A stretch of DNA of 10,050 bases, from contig PFAI01000057.1 of the NCBI GenBank assembly GCA_002763225.1, positions 1 to 10,050 of the forward strand. Direction: 5' to 3'. Positions 1 to 8,200 of the stretch are shown piece after piece. The translations under genes and the position numbers were made by a program. Under the pieces are notes generated by a model, which was not told the origin of the DNA, made no database searches, and saw nothing but the letters and a program-made list of their open reading frames with translations. Source of the stretch: Candidatus Diapherotrites archaeon CG10_big_fil_rev_8_21_14_0_10_31_34 (GTDB lineage: Archaea > Iainarchaeota > Iainarchaeia > Iainarchaeales > 1-14-0-10-31-34). How positions within the stretch are numbered: position 1 is the stretch's first letter; each line of letters starts with the position of its first letter.

Positions 1-192
1 GAAAGCTGGCATGATGGTGCTTACACTACTTTTAATTATCTTGGAACTGATTATCTCAGAATGAACCCAGATTATACTTCAGATGGGGGGCACCCTTATT
101 ATTATGGCACTGACCCATTTAATGAAGTTTTAGCAAAAGCATGGTGGGTTATAATGACAAAAGTTGCACAAGATTTAGATGCAAAATCCTAA
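1..192 (+). CDS. 3' end of a gene truncated by the window edge; possible SGNH/GDSL-hydrolase-like protein
   Basis: Frame +1 is open from base 1 to TAA at 190-192: ESWHDGAYTTFNYLGTDYLRMNPDYTSDGGHPYYYGTDPFNEVLAKAWWVIMTKVAQDLDAKS. DGGHP followed by a terminal helix (LAKAWW) resembles the DxxH block V of SGNH hydrolases. The family call rests on this motif only. Confidence 0.65.
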   Translation, partial: ESWHDGAYTTFNYLGTDYLRMNPDYTSDGGHPYYYGTDPFNEVLAKAWWVIMTKVAQDLDAKS

Positions 193-235
193 AGAAAAAA
201 TATTATTGCAATAAGTAATATCAGGATTTTCTCTA

Positions 236-1225
236 TTACAGAAAATCTTTTGGCTTGGCTTTCTTAAAAGCAGAATTAGTTTTTTTTACTGGAATTTTTT
301 TTATTGGTTGTTTTTTAGTTATGGATTTTGTTGTTTTCTTTTCAGTTTCAACATTAACTAAATAGATTTTTGTGTCAAACACAAAAGAGAAAACTGAAAT
401 CCACAAAGTATAAAAAATTTCAATTACAATGCGCAGTAAAATTGCAAAAATTACAAGCCAAACAATTTGGCCTGAACTTACGCCGGTCAAAGAAAAAGTT
501 AACAGCAAATAAATTAAAGTGATTAATCCGATAAAAACAAACATTAAAACAAAAAAAGCAAGATTAGACAAATAATTTTTTTTACCCAAAAAAATTGCTC
601 TTTTAATTGAATCAACTGCAGAATGTGATTCAAAAAAAGGAATCTGTTTGTAAATTATAGTAAACGGAGAAATAACTAAATTGAAAATTGAAAACAAAAT
701 TATTCCCAGAAAAAGAGAGCCTATAACTGAAAATACAATTGAAAAAATTTGTTCAGGAGAACTAAAAGCAAGTGAAGCCAGAGAAATGCTTTCAATTAAA
801 TTAAGCACAGAAAAAATTAAAGGAAAAAAACACAGCAAAAAAACTATTCCAAAAAAAACTGCAACAATTAATTCAACCTTAAAAGAAGTAAAAATTCTTG
901 GTTTGGTTTTATCAAATGCAAGACCTAAATCAATTTTTCCTTTTTCAAGATAATTTTTTACAAGATTTAAGGAAGTTCCGTTTATTGCTGAACCAACTAA
1001 AAGCATTAAAAAAAAGAAAATCAAAAACAACAAAAAATAGATTAAAAAACCTATTAAGGTTAACTGAAAAAAAACAAATAAAATTGCTCCGATAAAAACT
1101 CCTGCAAACACCAATGCAATAAAACCAATCACTGATAAAAGCATTATTAAAAATAAGTAAAGCCATAACCTAAAATCAAAACTTTTCTTTAAAACAAAAG
1201 AAAAGGAATCAATTACTCCCGTCAT
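236..1225 (-). CDS. Polytopic membrane protein of unknown function with a Lys-rich C-terminal tail (resembles DUF975/GPDPase-membrane-domain-like proteins)
   Basis: 329-aa ORF with about three pairs of long hydrophobic segments separated by amphipathic basic linkers (IDLGLAFDKTKPRIF, SAVDSIKRAIFLGKKNY) and a tail EKKTTKSITKKQPIKKIPVKK. A TATA-like element lies 23-29 nt upstream of the ATG. Confidence 0.85.
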   Translation of the reverse strand: MTGVIDSFSFVLKKSFDFRLWLYLFLIMLLSVIGFIALVFAGVFIGAILFVFFQLTLIGFLIYFLLFLIFFFLMLLVGSAINGTSLNLVKNYLEKGKIDLGLAFDKTKPRIFTSFKVELIVAVFFGIVFLLCFFPLIFSVLNLIESISLASLAFSSPEQIFSIVFSVIGSLFLGIILFSIFNLVISPFTIIYKQIPFFESHSAVDSIKRAIFLGKKNYLSNLAFFVLMFVFIGLITLIYLLLTFSLTGVSSGQIVWLVIFAILLRIVIEIFYTLWISVFSFVFDTKIYLVNVETEKKTTKSITKKQPIKKIPVKKTNSAFKKAKPKDFL

Positions 1226-1239
1226 GTAAAAAATAAGGG

Positions 1240-1262
1240 AAAAAGAATATTTAATGCTTTCC
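1240..1262. promoter_or_regulatory. Putative bidirectional archaeal BRE/TATA promoter
   Basis: TATTTAAT at 1248-1255 is centred in the 54-nt gap between divergent ATGs at 1225 (-) and 1280 (+). It reads TTTAAT on + and TTAAATA on -, each preceded by a purine-rich BRE-like run and at leaderless-type spacing from its start codon. Confidence 0.55.
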
Positions 1263-1279
1263 TATTTCAGTTAATTTAA

Positions 1280-1774
1280 ATGGATGAAAAAGTTGTTCAG
1301 GGCGGAAAATTTCTGGTTGTACTGGTTTTATCTTTTACAGTTTTATCAGCTTTAATTGACTTTTTGATTCCATTGAAATGGATTGAATTATTGCTTGCAA
1401 AAATTGTTGTAGTGTTTACTGGAGGAGAAATTGTTGTTCAGCAGCCTGTCATGATTTTAGCTGAAAACTTTTCGGTTCAAATAAGTTATTTATGCACAGG
1501 ATTAATGGAATTCATTGTATTGGTTGCAGCAATAATTGCAACAACAGGAATAAAAAAAGAAAAAAAATTGATTGGAATAATAAGGGCAGGAATAGCTGTT
1601 TTTTTATTTAATGCAGGCAGAATAATAATTACAATTTCTTTGATTGAAAAAACTGATTTACAGACAATAGAATTAGCTCATGATTTGCTGTTCAGAATTT
1701 CATTGTTTGTGTTAATTGCAGGATATTATTTTGTCTGGTATTATTCAGCGGTTAAAGGAAAAACCAAAAAATAA
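1280..1774 (+). CDS. Archaeosortase/exosortase family protein (short form)
   Basis: 164-aa membrane protein with the family's ordered motifs: ISYLC72TG followed by a TM segment, N111AGR114I in a TM segment, H134D before the last TM segment, and a basic C-terminus. The subfamily cannot be assigned by eye. Confidence 0.88.
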   Translation: MDEKVVQGGKFLVVLVLSFTVLSALIDFLIPLKWIELLLAKIVVVFTGGEIVVQQPVMILAENFSVQISYLCTGLMEFIVLVAAIIATTGIKKEKKLIGIIRAGIAVFLFNAGRIIITISLIEKTDLQTIELAHDLLFRISLFVLIAGYYFVWYYSAVKGKTKK

Positions 1775-1777
1775 TTT

Positions 1778-2110
1778 TCATTGCCTGTTTTTTTTTCTTT
1801 CTAAAAAAACTCTGAAAGGAAAGTATTGTGTATTCATTGCATTAGTTGCTTTTCCTGATGCACCGGAATCCCCTTCTTTGTTTGCAAAAAACTTAACAAA
1901 AATCTTTAATGCATTTTTTGATTCAACATTGCATAAAACCAAAGCCTGACCAAGGTTTGCCGGGTTTCCCCCTGTTTCTTTTGCCTTCTGCATCCAGGTT
2001 CTGCTAATCTCTAAAGCTGTTTTGGTTCTGTCAGCAGGAATTTGAATTGATTTACGGGTTCCGCCTTTCCTTTGAGTCTTAACAAAAACTCTTTTTGGTT
2101 TTTTCGGCAT
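1778..2110 (-). CDS. Small basic hypothetical protein
   Basis: 110-aa ATG-initiated ORF that fills the gap, with its stop 3 nt from the convergent sortase stop. Both termini are Lys/Arg-rich (MPKKPKRV..., ...ERKKNRQ). No recognisable family. Confidence 0.65.
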   Translation of the reverse strand: MPKKPKRVFVKTQRKGGTRKSIQIPADRTKTALEISRTWMQKAKETGGNPANLGQALVLCNVESKNALKIFVKFFANKEGDSGASGKATNAMNTQYFPFRVFLERKKNRQ

Positions 2111-2178
2111 TCAAATCAAACTAAAATAAAAAGAGAAGAAAATAAAAAAAGCTATGCAAAAAAAGTTTTTCCGCTAGA

Positions 2179-2217
2179 TTTAAATACTAATAAAAACTTA
2201 TAATTGTGTATATATAA
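2179..2217 (+). promoter_or_regulatory. Candidate TATA boxes for the giant gene
   Basis: TTTAAATA (2179-2186), AAAAC-TTATAA (TATA at 2198-2203) and TATATATAA (2209-2217). The one used cannot be determined from sequence. Confidence 0.45.
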
Positions 2218-2239
2218 TAATTCAATGAATGATTTGATT

Positions 2240-2245
2240 AAGGTG
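2240..2245 (+). promoter_or_regulatory. Shine-Dalgarno-like ribosome-binding site
   Basis: AAGGTG ends 5 nt before the GTG start at 2251 and partly matches the archaeal GGAGGTGA consensus. Confidence 0.6.
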
Positions 2246-2250
2246 CTTTA

Positions 2251-5200
2251 GTGATTTCAGAAACGCTTGGAAATATTTATGCTTCAATAGAAAACAAATT
2301 TTATTCAGTCTTTGATTTTCTGGAAAACAAAGGGCTTCCGGTTTATTCAGTGATTGACCCGATAGAAGAAAAAGGAATACCGTTTTTTCCTTTAACAATT
2401 GGATTAATTGTAATACTGCTTACAGCAATATTTGGTTTTGGAGTAATCGGAACAGACTTTGATTCAGCAATTACAGTAAACTTAAAAGACGATTATGGAA
2501 AAGGATTAAGTTCAGTTAAAATAACTGCATGGGATGCAAAAGGAAATGAATTATTTAATGGAACAAAAAACAATGCAGATATAATTACAATTAAAGTGCA
2601 GGCAGGAGCAGAACTGACATTTAAAGCAGAAAAAGAAGGATATGATGATTCAAGTAAAATAACAATAAAAGTAATAAACAAAGATGAAGAAGTCAGTTTA
2701 AGTTTAAAAAAAATAATTAATTCAATTCAGGCAAAAATAAGGTTTTATGACGAAGAAACAGAAACAACTGTTTCAAATGTACAGGCAACAATTGAATGGC
2801 AGGGAATAATAAAAGAAGCATTATCAGATTCAGATGGATTAATAGAATTTTTGGAAATCCCACTAGAAGAAGATTTATACATAACTGCAGTTGCTGATTC
2901 TTATTACGAAAAAACCGCAAGCATCAGATTTGAATCAGATGAAACAAAATCAGTTTATTTGACTCCAAAAGAAATTGCTTTTGAAGGACAAAGCAATCTG
3001 ATAATAACTTTGTTTGACGAAGAAGGAAATCTAATTGAAAACGCTAAAGTAAAAGTTTTTAATGCATTAAACGATGAATTAATTGACGAAAAAATAGTTG
3101 GAGACGGAGTTTATTCAGAAAACTTTCCTAAAGGAATGGTATTAAGATTTACAGCAGAAAAAGAAGGATTTAAGTTATTTGAATCAAATGAATTCACTTT
3201 AAGAGGAGAAGAAGAAAATCTTGGCGCAATAGAATTAGAAAAAGGCGGAAAAGAAATTATAGTAAAAGCAATTTACTCTGACACAAAAAACCCTATAGTG
3301 GGAGCAGCCATTATATTATTTAATTCAAAAAAAGAAATAATTAATTCCAGCACAACCTTGTATGAAGGGCTAACTGAATTCAAAGGATTAGATGTAGAAC
3401 AAGAATACTGGATTGGAGCAGAAAAAGAAGGTTATGTTCCTGCAATAAAAAAAGTTGAATCAGATTCAGAAGAAATTGAATTAATTAAAGCCAATTCTTC
3501 CAACTCAGGGGAATTGTCAATTATAGCAGTAGATGAAGAAGAAAACCCAATAGCAAATGCATCTCTTTTTTTCACTCAAATAAAAGGAGAAGAAACTGAA
3601 GTAATTCCTTTAGGAACAGGAGTAAAGCACACAGATGAAAACGGAAAATTCAGTTTAACCGTTCCATTAAACAGCGAAATATTTGTTAATGCAGTAAAAG
3701 ATTTATTGGTTGGAGGAGAGTCACTGAAAATTGAGTATCCGACAAACAATAATATGCTAATCAGGCTTGCAAAAAAAGATTCAGTTAAAAGCATTAAATT
3801 TTTTGATGAAAAAGGACAGATTTTAGGTGGCAGTTTAATAATCAAAACAAAAAACGGAGAAACAATATTTGAAGGAGCAGTAGAAGAAGAAATATTATTT
3901 GATGCACAAGGAAACAATTTTGTTGAAATAGAATTAACTACCCCTGAAGGAAAAAAATATTCAGAAGAAATAAATGTTGAAGGAAAAACAGACATTACAG
4001 TTGATTTGGATTCAAGAGAAATAAATGAAAAAACACCTGAAATAGAATTTTTGGGAATTTATGATATTGCAGGAAATGAAGTTGAAGGAATAACTAAAGG
4101 AAAAGAATATATTTTAAAATTTAAAACTGAATGGAGTTCAGGACTGGAATCAGGAGGACTGCATTTCCGAACAGGAAGCGATTCAATTAAATACGCTGAC
4201 TCAGAAGACATTGGAATAACAGGATTTGACGGAGCAACAAACAATTATTTTTACGGAAGAAGTTTTACTCCTACTCCTTCACCAGGCTATAAAGAAATAG
4301 ATTACTCTAATTCAGGACAGGGAGGAAAACTAAACAAATTCATTGAATTATATTACAATAACCCCGAAGGAACAAAAATAATTAAAGTAAGAGTTAAAGC
4401 AAGAGAAACAATTTCACAGGAAATTGTAAGAATAAAATACAGGGCATGGAGTTACTCAGACGGATATCATAACAGAAACCCGTTTGATTCAGTTTTAGAG
4501 AAAGCAAAACAAACAGAAGAAAAAGAATCATTATATGCTGACACAGAAGAAATTGAAATAAAAGTTTATGATTCAGAACCAGAATGCATGGAAGAAGTAT
4601 GCGTTCAATACAAGTTTGTTTCAGAAGACGGACAAGAGTTTGACAAAAAAGACTTTTTTGGATTAAAAGACAAAGTTTATGCATTAGAAATGAATTTAGA
4701 GGCAAGGCTTTCAACTACAGCAACATTTAAGTTAAACACTTCAAATGAAAGCCCAAGAATTGCTTTTACAGGAAATGAAATTGGTTCTTTCAGCCAGTTT
4801 ATTGACAACAATAAAAGTGATACTTTAATTGAATTCAAATCAACTGTTTCAAGAGACGGCACAAAAGCAAGAGTTTATTTTAAAGCAAAAGAACAAGGAG
4901 AAAGCTTTATCAAAACAAATATTATTTCTCCAAAAGATTCAATGACAGAAAACTTTTACTTTAAAATATTTGAAGAAAAAACAATGGAAATTACTGCACC
5001 TGAATCAATTAAAGAAGGACAAAACTTTGAAGTAATAGTAAAAGATGAAGAAGGACAAGGAATTGAAAACGCCGAAATAACTTTACTGAATTCAAAAGGA
5101 AGAATAGAAAAAACAATTTTTGCTGACGAGTTCAACGGAACAAACGGAAGATATTCAGTTGAAAATAATCTGGCTCCGGGAAAATATTTGATTAAAGTCA

Positions 5201-8200
5201 AGTCAGATAAATTTAAATCAGAAGAAAAAGAAATTGAAATAGTTTTTGGAACAGGATTAGAACTAGAGCCAACAACTGAAATGAATATTCCTTCAGGACA
5301 AATATTTTTATCAAAAAGAATTGAAATAAAAAATTTGACTGAAAACCTGATTGAAAATTTAAGTGCAGAAATAGTTCCTGCAGGAAACTTTCCAAAAGAA
5401 TTCAAGTTAAGCGTTAATACTCCTGCAGTATTAAACTCAAAAGAAGAAAACACAATTGAATTAATTGCAGAATACTCAGGAAATACTAATGCAATAATGC
5501 ACGGAGAAGCAGAAATAATTATAACAGGATTAATTAAAGGAACTCAAATTAAAACACAAACAAAAGCAGTAATAAATTATAACCAAAAATTAGATGCAGA
5601 TTGTTTAGAGTTTGACAGAACTGAATTAACAGAATATTTAATTGGAGCAGGAGGGAACTCAAAACAATTAGAATTAGGATTAAAAAATAACTGTGGGATT
5701 ACATTAGAATTTGAATTAGAAGCAATAGCAAAAGGACAGTCAGACAATGAAATTGAATTCAGTGCAGGAAGAATTGTAATAGCAAAAGATGAAGTGAAAA
5801 CAATTAAAATAGGGGTAATAAACAAAATCCAGAGAAATTTTTTGGCTCAAACAAATTTTGAATATGATTTATTTTTTAATTCAAGCCAGCTGACAAAAAG
5901 CATTCCGGTGAAAATAATTTTATGGAATGAAATGTTTGCATTAGATGTAAGCCCTTCAATAGTATTATGGTTAACCCAAAGCAGAAAAGGAGAACAAGCA
6001 ATTGCCGCACAATCAATTTTTATCAGGAATACAGGATTAGCTGACATTCAGAATTTAAGTTTTGCAACACAATTTGACAAGCCGGGAAACACAAAAATTA
6101 ATGTAGAGTATGCTTATTCAACAGGAAAAACAATATCAGAACTAAAAAAAGGAATGAGTTTAATTCCAACTCCTGTTTTACAGGCAATAACTGATACAAC
6201 AGAAAACCAAGAAATAATAGGAAAAGTAATTGTTTCAGGAGTAATAAACGGAAAACAATATGCTTTAAGAGAAATAAATGTTTTTGTTAATGTCAGTTCA
6301 GGTTGGAGCTGCCTGGAAGCATGGTCAGATGACATGCAGTTTTATTCCCCTACAGCAGAATTTGGTTCAATAGACAAAACACTGAATATAGTAAACAATT
6401 GCTTGGAGCCAGTAATAATTAAAGGAATTGAACCACAAAAAATCGGCGGCAATGAAATAAATTTAATTGACTCAGATTATGTTTTACAGCCAGGAACAAA
6501 AGACTCATTTACTTTAAAACTAACAAAAAAAGCTGAAACAAACCAGAAAGTAAAACTAAAGGTAGTGGGATTAGGCCAAAGATCAGGCGGAAAAGAAATT
6601 TATTCAATGCCTTTTGAAGCAGAAATTGCAATCGGAAAAGGAGCAGGATTATGTGGGGGAGACAATGAACCCTGCCAGTATGAAAACACAACAACATTAG
6701 AGTACTGTGATGCAGAAGGAACAGCAACAGTTTTCTTTCCAAAACAATCAACTAACTGCGGAGAAGGATACTGCGATGCAGAAGAACTAGGAAAGTTTTT
6801 ATCAGAAAAACTTGAAGAAGAATTCAGAAAAGCACAGCTAAGAATCTCTGATGTAAAAAGCGTTGAAAACCTCGGAGCAAAATGCGAAATAAGAGACAAT
6901 TACTGTTCTTTTGGCGCACTAGGAATTTCTTCCACTTCATTTGAATTTTATTTAAAAAACGATAATTTAACTGATGACTTACTTGAAAGCGAAATGAAAA
7001 AACTTGGAGCAAAAGAAATACAAAATGCTTTTATCAGATATGGAGGCACTGAACAAGATTTGTATAGTTCTGCCGGAAGCTCTTTTGGAAACCACTTAAT
7101 ATTATTTCCTTCAATCAGGGGCTGTGGAAAATACACTGCAAGAATAATCGGGGCAGTAGCAATAAACGGAAACGAAATAAGAAGCGATTCAATTTCACTG
7201 CTGTTAAAATTAGAGCCAAACACTAAAGGAGAAATAAGAGAAGAAACCCCTGAATGCAACAGCAGAATCCAAAATTTCATGAATTTTTTGCCGGTAGATG
7301 AATCATATTCTCCTGGCACCGGAAACTCAAAAGGAAGCTGGCTTGGAATAATAATTCAGAACCCGGAAATTGAATCACTGCAAAAAATTTTTGCTAAAAC
7401 TTTATTCAAAGACGATAAAGGAATAAGAGTTACAGCCAATAAAGAAAACAATTTTTTGAGGTTCAGCAAAGCAAGCTTTGACCAGACAAAAGGAATAGTA
7501 AAAATTGCAATGGAAAGAACTGGTTCAAGTGACTCACCAAAACAATTAGATATTTTTATTACAGACAAATATTTTAATGCACCAGAAGAAGTAGAAAAAG
7601 GAATTGCATCAGAAGCAGGAATGATTATTTCTAATTTAAAGAACGGAGTAATAGAAAAAGGATGCATTTCAGAAAACATGGATTACCTGATTTTAGGCGA
7701 AGTAAAAAACATTGCAGAATTGCTTGACTTAAAATGGACTGACTCAAGCAGTTTCATCAATTTGTATCCAAACAATTATACCTGCACGAGATTAAAAATG
7801 TCAAGCAAATTAGATGCACCTGAAGTAGAAGTTTCATGGGATTTAGTAAGCAAAAAGTTATCAGGAATACTAAAAAAAGAAACAGTTTTCAAGTATCCTA
7901 ATGGAGAAGAAATAACAAACAAAGGAGAAAAAAAATTCAGTTTAAGCAAGCTTAGATGGGAAGAAGCAGGAAACAATTATACAACTGAATTTGATTTATG
8001 CTTTAAAGGAACAGACAATCCAAGAGATGCAAAAGACTCTAAAATAAAATTGCAGGCAACAGGACTAAAAGACAGAACACTTCAATTCGGAGTCTGCGCT
8101 ATTCTTCCAACAGAATTTTATGACAAATCACAGCAAATAACTGAAAAAAGCACTTGGTATGCAACAGTTGACTGGGAAGGAGCACCAGACAAAGTTCCAT

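Noticed and set aside
236..420. Membrane protein's final TM plus Lys-rich tail as an archaeosortase sorting signal
   Set aside because: The protein is polytopic with no ectodomain, has no signature motif before the helix, and its tail is ~40 aa rather than a short basic cluster.
681..1166. ORFs 681-953 (+), 898-1095 (+) and 945-1166 (-)
   Set aside because: All are fully nested in the 329-aa membrane protein gene, and their composition is explained by its T-rich codons.
236..1225. Plus strand stays A-rich across a minus-strand gene
   Set aside because: Explained by Phe/Leu/Ile/Val T-rich codons on the coding strand, so it is not evidence of wrong strand assignment.
1716..1949. 77-aa plus-strand ORF
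   Set aside because: It overlaps both the sortase and the 110-aa gene, which already tile the region with a 3-nt gap.
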